From positions 76,981 to 140,980 of the forward strand of contig JBBTTO010000002.1 in the NCBI GenBank assembly GCA_038064195.1: a stretch of 64,000 nt of DNA, read 5' to 3'. This DNA comes from Patescibacteria group bacterium. GTDB taxonomy: Bacteria; Patescibacteriota; Microgenomatia; Levybacterales; UBA12049. This document shows positions 1 through 9,835 of the stretch, piece after piece. The notes under the pieces were generated by a model. It searched no databases, was not told the origin of the DNA, and saw only the letters and a program-made list of their open reading frames with translations. The position numbers and the translations under genes were made by a program. Every line of letters begins with the position of its first letter. Position 1 is the stretch's first letter.

Positions 1-60
1 TATTGAGTGTTGCCATCTGAGTCTCCCGAGTATAGCAAAAGAGCGTCTGAGATACCAGCC

Positions 61-918
61 CTAGGCGGGTAAGCTCAATTTCCCTTCATAATAGACAATA
101 AGACCGTCTTTAACCATACTTTCGAGTATTTGTTCAAACCGGGACGGTTCGACAGGATTCCGCTCGGCAAAGTAATCCTGTAAGCCTGTAAATGAGATCG
201 ATGCTACCTCAAGTAATAACTTGACCGTTTGACCACGGAAGTAACGATCTGAGGTCAGAAAATGCGATTGCTTAGGTACCGGTATCTTTTTATCTTTAAG
301 TACCAAACTACTGTAGTCCATCAAGGCTTGATTCCATTCATACGCCCTGTTTTTAGGAAGAATCTGATAAGCAATTTCCTCAATCACCTTCTCCTCGGGT
401 AGCTGTCCGTTAAAAAACTCGTGGGTTATCACTTTGCGGATATTAGTATCAACGACCGGGATCTGCACATCAAAAGCAAAACAGGCAATCGCCGAAGCTG
501 TGTACTTACCAATTCCTGGGAGTTCAATCAGTTCTATAACTGTTCTGGGCCAGCGTATTGTTCGAGCCTGTCGAGAACTTCTCGACTCGTTTTTCTCGCT
601 CGAAGAATATTCATTTACAAGCACTTTTGCAGTTTTCTGCAGATTGAGCGCCCGGCTGTTATAACCAAGCCCGGACCAATAACGCAGAACTTCGTGCAGT
701 GACGCCTCTGCCAATTGAGTAACTGTCGGAAAACGCTTGATCCAAGCATTATATTTCGGAATGACACGGCCAAGTTGGGTTTGCTGGGACATTACTTCCG
801 AAACCAGAATCGGGTATGGGTCTCGTGTCTTACGCCACGGCAAATCCCGCTGATTATCTCTATACCAAAGCAATATTTTATCCTGAAATATTTTGATAGC
901 TGATTTATTAAGCTTCAT
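61..918 (-). CDS. mutY: HhH-GPD DNA glycosylase of the MutY (A/G-specific adenine glycosylase) type; short form without an Fe-S cluster loop or C-terminal NUDIX-like domain
   Basis: The N-terminus LPWRKTRDPYPILVSEVMSQQTQ closely matches MutY (catalytic Glu in SEVMSQQTQ). The HhH motif LPGIGKYTASAI and the catalytic Asp in VVDTNIRKV are present. The C-x6-C-x2-C-x5-C cysteines are absent, and the protein is only 285 aa. Confidence 0.7.
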   Translation of the reverse strand: MKLNKSAIKIFQDKILLWYRDNQRDLPWRKTRDPYPILVSEVMSQQTQLGRVIPKYNAWIKRFPTVTQLAEASLHEVLRYWSGLGYNSRALNLQKTAKVLVNEYSSSEKNESRSSRQARTIRWPRTVIELIELPGIGKYTASAIACFAFDVQIPVVDTNIRKVITHEFFNGQLPEEKVIEEIAYQILPKNRAYEWNQALMDYSSLVLKDKKIPVPKQSHFLTSDRYFRGQTVKLLLEVASISFTGLQDYFAERNPVEPSRFEQILESMVKDGLIVYYEGKLSLPA

Positions 919-963
919 AGGGGATGTACAAAACTAAAAACTTCTAATTCTTAACTTTGAATT

Positions 964-1980
964 CTAAATTGATATGAAGCCCATTTTTTCTTTAACTTCT
1001 TTAATGGTAATCTGTGCCTGTTCGCGACATTTAGCAGCGTGTTCACGTAGGATATCATCAACAAGCTTAGGGTTGTCTTCATATTCTTTGCGCTTCTCCT
1101 GGATAGGCTTTAGCTCCTCATAAATAACCTCTGCCAACTCTGCCTTCATCTCACTATAGCGGATCTTTTTGTCTTTATAATCCAGAACATATTTGTGATG
1201 TAATTCCTTACCTCCAAGCAGATACATCAAAGTAAACAAGTTGGCAACTCCGCCTGTTTGAGGGATCTGTCCGCCCACCTGCCCGCTGTCTGTCGGGACT
1301 TTGGCCAGCTTATTTTTGATAGTCTCTAAGTCATCTGTTAGGTTAAGAAAACTCCCTTCAACTGACTTGCTCATCTTCCCTTCCCCCGTTAGGGATGGTA
1401 CATACTCTCCCTCAGTCTTAAAACGCTGCGGCTCAGGAAATGTCTCCCCAAACATACTGTTAAACTTGCGGGCAATCTCTCGCGTCACTTCCAAATGCGG
1501 CTCCTGATCAATCCCGACAGGCACTAACTCACCCTTGTAAAGCATGATGTCTGCTGCCATGAGGACCGGATAATACAGTAAGCCCATATTGACATACTTT
1601 GGATGCTGGGCCTTTTTATCCTTGTAGGTTGGCAAATCCTCAAGGCGTGCGACCGGATAAATCGTGCTGAGGTAGTAGGACAGCTCCATATGTTCAGGCA
1701 CCATAGACTGGACTTCGATCAAACACTTTTCTGGATCAAGTCCTGCAGCTAAATAATCTAAAATAACACTGCGTGTTGCCTCAGCCAGTGTCTCTTTTTC
1801 GTAAGGGGTGGTGATGGCGTGTAAATCCACGACTGAAAAAACACAGTCATAGTCATCCTGTAATGAAAGCATGCCTTTGACAGCTCCCAGATAGTTACCT
1901 AAATGGAGTCTGCCTGTTGCTCTGATCCCTGAATAAACTTTTTTCTTCATAGTTAAATGATTATACCACGAGAGGCTCAA
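964..1980 (-). CDS. trpS: Tryptophan--tRNA ligase (class I aaRS)
   Basis: A HIGH-like motif (TGRLHLGNY) and KMSKS are present, and overall similarity is to TrpRS. The true start is probably the internal M at MKKKVYSG. Confidence 0.9.
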   Translation of the reverse strand: MSLSWYNHLTMKKKVYSGIRATGRLHLGNYLGAVKGMLSLQDDYDCVFSVVDLHAITTPYEKETLAEATRSVILDYLAAGLDPEKCLIEVQSMVPEHMELSYYLSTIYPVARLEDLPTYKDKKAQHPKYVNMGLLYYPVLMAADIMLYKGELVPVGIDQEPHLEVTREIARKFNSMFGETFPEPQRFKTEGEYVPSLTGEGKMSKSVEGSFLNLTDDLETIKNKLAKVPTDSGQVGGQIPQTGGVANLFTLMYLLGGKELHHKYVLDYKDKKIRYSEMKAELAEVIYEELKPIQEKRKEYEDNPKLVDDILREHAAKCREQAQITIKEVKEKMGFISI

Positions 1981-2001
1981 TAAATAAGCACATCTAAGTT
2001 A

Positions 2002-2010
2002 TGCTACAAT
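2002..2010 (+). promoter_or_regulatory. Candidate extended -10 promoter element (TGcTACAAT) 10 nt upstream of the 2020 start
   Basis: The sequence tgctacaat matches the TGn-TATAAT pattern. There is no strong -35. Confidence 0.3.
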
Positions 2011-2019
2011 GCTTCCCGC

Positions 2020-2898
2020 ATGAACGAATTTGAAACATCAATCCAGTTGAGTCGTCAAGCTAACCCAGGGCTTTTTCTTAGACATGATAGTGTCTTTGAC
2101 CAGGAGGCCAAAAATGTTAAGCGATTTCGCGACAATGAGATGATACACCAAACAAGCTTAGCTATTCACACAACTCGCCTTCGAGAACTTGCCACAAGCC
2201 TCGTTCCAACAATGACCTGCCCAGGCACTGATCTTAACCTTTATCGCATTATTGATCTAATTGATACGCATGATGTGCCTGAGGTAGTAACGGGAGATAT
2301 TCCTACGCCTCAAAAACGCAATTTATCACAGACAGCAAGGGCTGACCTGTCTCTGCTTGAAGCAAAAATAGCTAAAGAGTGGGCCCCTGTGTGCGTCCCG
2401 CCAGGATTGGAGGCTGAATTTATCTCACGCTACCAAGAAGCCGTAAGTAAACAAAGTCAAGAAGCACAATTTGTTGACATCATAGATAAATGGGACGGCT
2501 TAGGAGAGGCAGTCCATGAAGTCCGCTGTGGTAACACTCAATTTCTTGAAATTATTGAGAGATACCGCAACATCTTCCCTGAGTTTGCAGGATATCCTCT
2601 TTGGGACATTATGGCAACTGATCCAGACATTGGTCTTGGACAAATTCCCACGTCTGAAGAAGTGCAAAGATACTCAACGATTAGCCTTGCTGACTATTAT
2701 GCTGATCCCCAAACTTTTTGGCAAACCGTTATGGATCCAGCCCTACCACCTTTTATGAAGAGGTGGTTAAATGCTTCATTAACCGGCTTCAATTTTATCT
2801 GCGGAACAGCTTTATTTAGCGGATGGAAGTTTGAGTTAGGCTATCAATCTCCTGAGCTATGGGAGCCACTCTTGTTTGAGTCTGGCAAATCCTCCTAG
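2020..2898 (+). CDS. HD-domain phosphohydrolase, YfbR-like 5'-deoxynucleotidase with a C-terminal extension
   Basis: THDVPEVVTGDIPTP matches YfbR YHDASEVLTGDLPTP, and an upstream His-containing helix is present. The protein is 292 aa versus about 200 aa for YfbR. Confidence 0.6.
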   Translation: MNEFETSIQLSRQANPGLFLRHDSVFDQEAKNVKRFRDNEMIHQTSLAIHTTRLRELATSLVPTMTCPGTDLNLYRIIDLIDTHDVPEVVTGDIPTPQKRNLSQTARADLSLLEAKIAKEWAPVCVPPGLEAEFISRYQEAVSKQSQEAQFVDIIDKWDGLGEAVHEVRCGNTQFLEIIERYRNIFPEFAGYPLWDIMATDPDIGLGQIPTSEEVQRYSTISLADYYADPQTFWQTVMDPALPPFMKRWLNASLTGFNFICGTALFSGWKFELGYQSPELWEPLLFESGKSS

Positions 2899-2916
2899 TA
2901 AAATAGCTTCCCTAAT

Positions 2917-2990
2917 CCTCTTAACCAGATTTACGATGAAATAGACATTGTGATACGAGCCCAGACGTTGTGCGAGGAGCTCATCAACTA
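2917..2990. repeat. Degenerate duplicate of the tgt 3' coding end (39-bp perfect match, then about 75% identity over a further ~35 bp) lying in the intergenic space
   Basis: cttaaccagatttacgatgaaatagacattgtgatacga occurs at both 2918-2956 and 3969-4007. The flanking bases are still alignable. Confidence 0.6.
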
Positions 2991-3155
2991 TAAAAAGACA
3001 ACGAAAATACGCTCGAGTATGATACAGACAATTAGAAAACGTTCTATAAAGGCAAAATTATTTGGAGAACATTATCTAATATCGAAGAATAGCAAATAAA
3101 GATCAGAACAACCAACTATAGGATGAGCTGATGAGTTTGGAGTTTAAGTTAATCT

Positions 3156-3854
3156 TTAAATTACTGGATCAATCGCAGCGAGAGATGCATTCTGAGAAAA
3201 TCGCTCTACTACGTCTACATCTTCTGTAAAAGCAAGTATTCGTGGATTAATGGGAAGAGGATCTATGGGGATAGTAGTTATTGCCTCAATTGTTGCAAGT
3301 GGCCCAAATCCCCCATCAAAGAAAATCCCGCGCTCACCAGTCGTGCCGTCGCTATACTCAAGTCTCTTTTCGAGATCATCCTTCGCGACCCTACCCTGTG
3401 TCTGCTCGACCCTGTAATCATTAATGTTAGGATATGGGCCTTCAACCTTTGTCCATGTACCATCTTGCTCTACTCGCACGATACTAAATCCCCCTTCTGT
3501 CTCAAAATACACTGCTTTAAGATTATCAATCAATGTCGCATCTGGTTTAAAAAAATCCTCAAGAGGTACATAGGATCTACTATCTCCCTCATAACGATGC
3601 CCTGACATATTTGCTCCAATATTTACCTCATCCGGCCAAACAATCTCAACCGTATTTTCAGGATCCCATTCCTCTTCTTGATCTTCCCCAACTTCACCTT
3701 CATCAATATCCCTTTGAGCTTGAATTGGCAAGAGAACCTCCTCACCATAAAGCCAGAAGGGTAAGTGGCGATCACCTTGAAGATCTAGTTGGAAAACTTC
3801 ACTTTGAGAAGCTGGAAGGGCTGGTAGGACTGAGCCCTGTTCTTTTGCTAACAT
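3156..3854 (-). CDS. Hypothetical acidic protein, no recognisable domain
   Basis: A 232-aa ORF with coding-like composition, in the same orientation as tgt. Confidence 0.4.
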   Translation of the reverse strand: MLAKEQGSVLPALPASQSEVFQLDLQGDRHLPFWLYGEEVLLPIQAQRDIDEGEVGEDQEEEWDPENTVEIVWPDEVNIGANMSGHRYEGDSRSYVPLEDFFKPDATLIDNLKAVYFETEGGFSIVRVEQDGTWTKVEGPYPNINDYRVEQTQGRVAKDDLEKRLEYSDGTTGERGIFFDGGFGPLATIEAITTIPIDPLPINPRILAFTEDVDVVERFSQNASLAAIDPVI

Positions 3855-3896
3855 AAGATATATCTAGCGTGATAATAAAATCATTATGTACATATG

Positions 3897-5201
3897 TCAA
3901 GAAGCCCTTAATCTCCCAAGCCATTCAGCCTTGAGTTGCTGAAAAGACTCCTGAAGAATTGACTCCCTGATACGCTTAACCAGATTTACGATGAAATAGA
4001 CATTGTGATACGACCCGAGGCGCTGGGCGAGTAGTTCATCAGCCACGAACAGATGCCTGAGGTACGCCCGCGTATAGTGCTGACAGGTCAGACACTCACA
4101 CCCCGGATCGATGGGGTCTTGATCAAGCGCATATTTGGCATTAGTGATCTGGATAGTAAAGTTGTTTTCCTTCCGTCCACCATTCCCGGGAGATATATAC
4201 AAATTGCCATGTCTTCCTCTCCTGGTCGGGGCGACGCAGTCAAAAAAATCTATCCCCCGCGCCACCCCCTCAAAAAGATCTTCTACCTCGCCGATTCCGA
4301 GTAAGTGCCTCGGCTTATCATCCTGAAAATACGGCACGCACCAGTCAAGGACATTACGCAAAACTTGCTTTGAGGTATAGGATCCACCTATTGAGACAGC
4401 CGGGAAGTATTTATCGGTAAATTTTGCTGACTCGTGACGCAGATCTTCATAGTATCCCCCATGCACAACTCCATACATTAATTGATCCTGTCTTTTTTGC
4501 GCTGCAAGACTTGCTAGTGCCCATCTATTCGTCCGCTCAAGGGAGACTCTCGTCGTCTGATAGTCCCAGAGAGGCGACTCATGATCATCGAAGGCAACAA
4601 TGAGGTCTGCTCCCAACTTTTCCTGTGCCTGTATCGAGACATCCGCATCAAACCAGTGCTTTGACCCATCAATATGAGAATAAAACCACACCCCATCTTC
4701 ACTTATTTTGGCAGCTCTAAGCTTGTTAAGCTGCTTCTCCTCAGTCGTTTTGGTCACGGCTGGTAACAAGATGCTTTTCTCAATCGGGTCTGAAAAAACA
4801 GACTTTGAGAATTTACTCATCTTGCGCCCTTGACTATCCTTCAAAGTGACTTTTTTCTGGGCGACACCTAAAGAAAAGACCTGAAACCCTCCACTATCAG
4901 TCATGGTTGGTCCGCCTCGGATTGAAGAAGTCGAGACGGGCCCATTCCATCCCTGAAATTTTGCTAGTCCGCCTAATTTTTCAATAGTGTCGACTCCCGG
5001 TCGTAAAAAAAGATGATACGTATTGGAGAGGACGATTTGTGCCCCGATTGTCGCTAAATCCTGACTGGAAAGTGTTTTAACTGTGGCCTGAGTCCCAACC
5101 GGGTTAAAATGGGGGGTCAAAATATCACCGTGAGGAGTTGCGAGCCTTCCTGCTCTAGCCTTGGAACTTTTATCCTTTTGTAAAACTGAAAAATGAAACA
5201 T
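3897..5201 (-). CDS. tgt: Queuine tRNA-ribosyltransferase
   Basis: The N-terminal TPHGDILTPHFNPVGTQATVK matches the Tgt consensus. The zinc site CECLTCQHYTRAYLRHL (CxCxxC...H) is present. Confidence 0.85.
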   Translation of the reverse strand: MFHFSVLQKDKSSKARAGRLATPHGDILTPHFNPVGTQATVKTLSSQDLATIGAQIVLSNTYHLFLRPGVDTIEKLGGLAKFQGWNGPVSTSSIRGGPTMTDSGGFQVFSLGVAQKKVTLKDSQGRKMSKFSKSVFSDPIEKSILLPAVTKTTEEKQLNKLRAAKISEDGVWFYSHIDGSKHWFDADVSIQAQEKLGADLIVAFDDHESPLWDYQTTRVSLERTNRWALASLAAQKRQDQLMYGVVHGGYYEDLRHESAKFTDKYFPAVSIGGSYTSKQVLRNVLDWCVPYFQDDKPRHLLGIGEVEDLFEGVARGIDFFDCVAPTRRGRHGNLYISPGNGGRKENNFTIQITNAKYALDQDPIDPGCECLTCQHYTRAYLRHLFVADELLAQRLGSYHNVYFIVNLVKRIRESILQESFQQLKAEWLGRLRAS

Positions 5202-5248
5202 AATAATTAATTTTCCTCAGAAAAGATGCGTGAGTTTGAGCGATGAAA

Positions 5249-5941
5249 CTACTTGTCATCATAAGCACCGGCGTACATTCTATGATGTGCGTCTAACGCT
5301 TGAGCTACCCTTTCATGACCAAAAAGAGAATCAATCTCAGCATGCAATTGAGCTCGAGAAACGGGATCTGCTCTATAGACGCGAGGATAACGAGCCGCAT
5401 CAATAATATCAACCAAGTTTATAAAATCAATGTCTTCCCTTAGTTCTTTATCACTCAATGATTTGGGATCAAATTCATCATCACCAGGATATGGATCTCT
5501 TCCTTTCTTATGATGGCCATATGCAATCATCGCCTCCCGAGGTCGACCTACCTGTAACAGCATGTCACGTCCGTATTGGACGTGTCTACGAATCCTTGCA
5601 CGCTCCTCTGCAGTTAGCTCCTTTGGCGAGTCCAAAATTGCTTTTCCAACTTCGATTTTCCCGACATCATGCAGGAGTGCTCCTTGGATAAGTTGCGCAA
5701 TCCTTGCTTCTGACAATCCCATCTGAGTAGCTAAATCGACAGTTAATTCAGCCGTTCGGACACTATGTTGAGCGCCTCTCCGATCGACTTCAAGTAAATC
5801 CAGCAAAAAAGGCTCTACTACCCGCTTAAAGCCAGGAGTTTCAAATACAGCCCTTACCACACCGTCCTGCTTAAGGTTGAGGATATCTATATGAAGAGGC
5901 TGCAAATTCACACCAGCGGGGTTGCCCGTTTCAGCAGTCAT
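5249..5941 (-). CDS. HD-GYP-like HD-domain phosphohydrolase (degenerate GYP)
   Basis: LLHDVGK and a later HHKKGRDPYPG resemble the HD-GYP HHExxDGxGYP motif. An RxxRxH element is present. Confidence 0.5.
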   Translation of the reverse strand: MTAETGNPAGVNLQPLHIDILNLKQDGVVRAVFETPGFKRVVEPFLLDLLEVDRRGAQHSVRTAELTVDLATQMGLSEARIAQLIQGALLHDVGKIEVGKAILDSPKELTAEERARIRRHVQYGRDMLLQVGRPREAMIAYGHHKKGRDPYPGDDEFDPKSLSDKELREDIDFINLVDIIDAARYPRVYRADPVSRAQLHAEIDSLFGHERVAQALDAHHRMYAGAYDDK

Positions 5942-5942
5942 C

Positions 5943-7331
5943 TTAAAGCTTGCCTACCTCCATTTTAAATTGATCACCGCGGTCTGAATAGCTTTTAAAC
6001 ATATCAAAGCTTTTACAGGCAGGAGAAAGGAGCACGATGTCACCCTCCTTGGCAATTTTATGAGCCGCTTGAACGACCTGAGACATAGAGGTTGCACCTT
6101 CCAGGAGTAATAAATGCGGCTTGGGATTTTTAATAGCTGCCTTAATCGTCGGCCACTCGCGACCAATGCCGATAATTGCAAGTATAGTGGGATCTTGCGA
6201 AATAACTTCTCCGAGCGCAGTAAAGTCACTCCCCTCAGTTACACCCCCGAGAATGAGTACCTTAGGCTGAGTAAATGATTCAATTGCCGCAATCGCACTC
6301 TCAGGATTGGTCGCAATTGAGTCATCATAGTACTTCACCCCTCTCACCTCTCTCACTAACTCTAGTCTATGAGGTAATCCCCGAAACGTCTTGAGCACTT
6401 TGACAATATCTGCTTTACTTGCTCCGGCAAGTGTGGCAGCCATAGCTGCAGCTGCAGCATTTTCCCAGTTATGCTTACCGGGTAAGGCGATATCTTTGGT
6501 ATCAATAATCTTCCACTCCGTCCCCTCAACACGCATCCAGATGGCCCCGTCTTTAAGCGATGTTCCCTGTTCTGTAGTCGTTCTCTCACGGGTAATTTGG
6601 AAAACCTTCCCGTTAGTATACATATCTGATTCATGGGTGGGGAGATAGTCACGATTGAGGATAGCGAAATCCTCTTTCGCTTGATACCTGAGGACATTTC
6701 TCTTGGCGTCGACGTACTCACTCATGTCTTCGTGATAGATAAGGTGCTCAGGCACAGTCATGAGCATGACAGCAATATGCGGACTTTTCGTCAAATCCTG
6801 CAATTGGTATGAAGAGAGCTCCAGAACGACAACTGAACTTTCAGCTAAGTCCTCAAGAAAAGTCAAAGGAGGAATACCTATGTTACCGCCTAAATAAACA
6901 TCCCGTTCGCTTTCCTTAAGCATCTGATAAATAAGCATACTGGTCGTGCCTTTGCCTTTTGAGCCTGTGACCCCCACGATATAACAGGGACATAAATCAA
7001 AAAACAATTTTGTTTGGGAAGTAATAATCGCTCCATCCTTCTCAGCTTTCTCAAGAAATGCCTGCTTACTACTGATACCCGGACTGCGGACAATAAGATC
7101 AAAGCCAATTAGTTTTGTAAAAGCGTCTAGGGCGGCAACTACCTCCCCAAGTCCCCTAGCCTGACCCAAGATTTCTGGTGAGATATCCTTCTCGTCTTTT
7201 TGATCAAAAAACGTCAGATCAGCACCAAACTTACTCAGAAAAACACCCGTTGAGAGTCCTTCAGCTCCGAGACCTAGGATTGCTACCTTTTTGTTCTTAA
7301 AAACTGCCAACTGTTCCTCTGAATATTTCAT
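5943..7331 (-). CDS. murD: UDP-N-acetylmuramoylalanine--D-glutamate ligase (Mur ligase family)
   Basis: N-terminal dinucleotide-fold KKVAILGLGAEG and the Mur ligase P-loop GVTGSKGKGTT are present. The length is 462 aa. Confidence 0.75.
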   Translation of the reverse strand: MKYSEEQLAVFKNKKVAILGLGAEGLSTGVFLSKFGADLTFFDQKDEKDISPEILGQARGLGEVVAALDAFTKLIGFDLIVRSPGISSKQAFLEKAEKDGAIITSQTKLFFDLCPCYIVGVTGSKGKGTTSMLIYQMLKESERDVYLGGNIGIPPLTFLEDLAESSVVVLELSSYQLQDLTKSPHIAVMLMTVPEHLIYHEDMSEYVDAKRNVLRYQAKEDFAILNRDYLPTHESDMYTNGKVFQITRERTTTEQGTSLKDGAIWMRVEGTEWKIIDTKDIALPGKHNWENAAAAAMAATLAGASKADIVKVLKTFRGLPHRLELVREVRGVKYYDDSIATNPESAIAAIESFTQPKVLILGGVTEGSDFTALGEVISQDPTILAIIGIGREWPTIKAAIKNPKPHLLLLEGATSMSQVVQAAHKIAKEGDIVLLSPACKSFDMFKSYSDRGDQFKMEVGKL

Positions 7332-7411
7332 AACACCCGTATTGTAGCAAAAAGCCTAGTGTACTTCATGTCTGGCTGTTTGTCCAAGCTCATCCGTGCT
7401 ATGATCTAACT

Positions 7412-8944
7412 ATGTTGGCCAAGGTTTACTCTGGAGCCGTAATCGGACTTGACGCCGTACTCATTGAAGTTGAGATTGATATTGCCTCCCAAGGACTTCC
7501 TAATTTCACAATCGTTGGCCTGCCTGATAAAGCCGTTGAAGAGGCCAAAGAGCGCGTCCGCTCAGCCATACGTAACTCCGGAGCTGATTTTCCGGCCAGG
7601 CGGATCACTGTCAATTTGGCACCGGCTGATCTGCCAAAAGAAGGGCCCTCCTACGACCTGCCTATTGCGTTGGGGATACTTCTTGCCTCAGGTCAAATTC
7701 AAGCCGACGTCTCAAATGTCTTAGTCTCAGGCGAGTTAGCACTTGATGGCCGAATCCGTCCGATAACGGGAGTACTCTCTCAGGCGCTTTTGGCTCGCGA
7801 TCTGGGATTCAGTTCTTTTTACTTACCATCAGACAACGCCAAAGAGGCAGCCGTCATTGAGGACGTGACGATTCTCCCTGTCACAACTCTTCTGGAGCTT
7901 TTCAAACATCTCAGACAAGAAGCAGTTATTACACCACTTTCTGCTGCCCCAGAGCCCCTTGAAAAAGAGCTGATTTTTGAGTTTGATATGAAGGATATTA
8001 AAGGTCAGCACCAAGCCAAAAGAGCCTTAGAAATTGCAGCGGCTGGTGGCCACAATATCCTGATGAAAGGCCCACCCGGTGCAGGCAAGACACTCCTTGC
8101 CCGTACTCTGCCATCAATCCTGCCCCAGCTTACATTTTTTGAGGCAGTTGAGGTAACCAAGATCTATAGCATCGCGGGCATGCTCTCTAGTAAAGGGATC
8201 CTTTACGCAAGGCCTTTCCGCTCACCTCATCATACGACTTCCCTTGTCGGTCTGATTGGTGGCAGCAGTACGCCCCGCCCGGGTGAGATCACACTTGCTC
8301 ACCGCGGGGTATTATTCCTTGATGAATTTCCCGAGTTCCCCCGCAATGTTCTGGAGACACTTCGTCAACCGATTGAGGATGGCATTGTCCATATCGCTCG
8401 TGCCGCCGGCAAGGTCTCTTTTCCTGCCAAGTGCATGCTGGTAGCAGCTCAAAATCCCTGTCCATGCGGTTTTCTGGGAGATCCTAAAAAAGCCTGTATC
8501 TGTAATGCCAGCCAAATCAGTCGCTATCAGAAAAAAATCTCAGGTCCTCTACTTGACAGAATCGACATTCACTTAGATGTCCCGGCTGTGAAAGTAGAGC
8601 AATTAGTTGAGCAGTCAGATATATTGATTGAACCGTCAGAGGCTATACGCCAGCGAGTGCAAAAAGCCCGGGATCGTCAGACAAAGCGCTATCATGGGCG
8701 ATCCCTTATTAGCAACGCCGATCTCAGAAATAAAGATATTAAAGAATTCTGTGAGTTATCCAGTGCCTGTCTCACACTTCTCCAAACAGCCGTCACAAAA
8801 CTTAATCTTTCAGGCAGAGCCTATAATCGCACTATCAAAGTTGCCAGGACTATCGCCGACCTTGCAGAAAGTGAGATGCTTCAGCCTGAACATCTGGCCG
8901 AGGCATTACAATACAGAGCTAAAGAGCAGCGAGTGTTTGTTTGA
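7412..8944 (+). CDS. comM: Mg-chelatase-like AAA+ ATPase YifB/ComM
   Basis: The N-terminal Lon-like domain MLAKVYSGAVIGLDAVLIEVEIDIASQGLPNFTIVGLPD is present, followed by Walker A GPPGAGKT and C-terminal ChlI-like helices. Confidence 0.85.
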   Translation: MLAKVYSGAVIGLDAVLIEVEIDIASQGLPNFTIVGLPDKAVEEAKERVRSAIRNSGADFPARRITVNLAPADLPKEGPSYDLPIALGILLASGQIQADVSNVLVSGELALDGRIRPITGVLSQALLARDLGFSSFYLPSDNAKEAAVIEDVTILPVTTLLELFKHLRQEAVITPLSAAPEPLEKELIFEFDMKDIKGQHQAKRALEIAAAGGHNILMKGPPGAGKTLLARTLPSILPQLTFFEAVEVTKIYSIAGMLSSKGILYARPFRSPHHTTSLVGLIGGSSTPRPGEITLAHRGVLFLDEFPEFPRNVLETLRQPIEDGIVHIARAAGKVSFPAKCMLVAAQNPCPCGFLGDPKKACICNASQISRYQKKISGPLLDRIDIHLDVPAVKVEQLVEQSDILIEPSEAIRQRVQKARDRQTKRYHGRSLISNADLRNKDIKEFCELSSACLTLLQTAVTKLNLSGRAYNRTIKVARTIADLAESEMLQPEHLAEALQYRAKEQRVFV

Positions 8945-8983
8945 CAAAACTCCCCTTCCTTTGCTTAGATTGATACTACTCCT

Positions 8984-9832
8984 ATGCGAAAACTCGGTGC
9001 TTTTATCGCCTATACACTCCTCCTGCTTATCATCGGACGCAATTTGTCTTTCCTCCCGCTGCTTGGCTCCCCTCCTAAAACACAAGTAGAAGACACTTCC
9101 CTCAAAGAAAAAATCCAAAAACTCATCAAGGAACAAAAAGGCAACTACGCTGTGTCATTTAAAGATCTCAAAACTGGCAACTACTTTGGCATCAATCAGG
9201 AAATGATGGTGACGGCTGCCTCAGTTAATAAAGTTCCGATTATTGCCGTGCTTTATTACTTAGAAAACAAGGGTAAGATCAGCTTCAATGATCAGGTCAC
9301 TCTCCAAAAAGTGGATATTCAGGACTACGGAACAGGCAGTCTGCGCTATCAAAAACCGGGCGCCACATATTCTATCAAGACTTTAGCTAAGCTCACGCTC
9401 CAACAATCAGATAATACGGCTTCACATATCCTCGCCAATAAGATTGGGGAGGAGGTTATCCAGTCAACAATTAACAGCTGGGGACTCAAACAAACCGATA
9501 TGGTTAACAATCAGACGTCAAGTTCGGATATGCAACGCCTTTTTGAAAAAATTTACCGCCGCGAGATCACATCAGATGCCAAGACTCGTGAGCTTTTAAG
9601 TTTTATGACTGAGACCGAAAGCGAAGACAGACTCCCTTCACTCCTCCCCCCCAACGCCTCCGTTAGCCATAAAACAGGAGACGGTGTGGGCTTTATTCAT
9701 GATGTCGGGATCATAACAGTTAAGGGTCATACCTTCTTTTTGGGAGTTTTAACCTCAGATATCGGTTCACAGGAGATTCAGACCAGAAAAATTATTGCCG
9801 AGATTGCAAAAATAGTAGCTGATTCTTACTAA
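8984..9832 (+). CDS. Secreted serine hydrolase of the class A beta-lactamase / penicillin-binding fold
   Basis: A signal peptide is followed by SxxK (SVNK), SDN (QSDNTA) and KTG (HKTGDG) motifs at the expected spacing. Confidence 0.55.
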   Translation: MRKLGAFIAYTLLLLIIGRNLSFLPLLGSPPKTQVEDTSLKEKIQKLIKEQKGNYAVSFKDLKTGNYFGINQEMMVTAASVNKVPIIAVLYYLENKGKISFNDQVTLQKVDIQDYGTGSLRYQKPGATYSIKTLAKLTLQQSDNTASHILANKIGEEVIQSTINSWGLKQTDMVNNQTSSSDMQRLFEKIYRREITSDAKTRELLSFMTETESEDRLPSLLPPNASVSHKTGDGVGFIHDVGIITVKGHTFFLGVLTSDIGSQEIQTRKIIAEIAKIVADSY

Positions 9833-9835
9833 CCT

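Noticed and set aside
421-903. Short plus-strand ORFs (93, 76 and 62 aa) inside mutY
   Set aside because: They lie antisense to a well-supported gene and have no recognisable domains.
4053-4702. Antisense ORFs inside tgt (83, 63 and 62 aa)
   Set aside because: Same reason: embedded in and antisense to a confidently identified gene.
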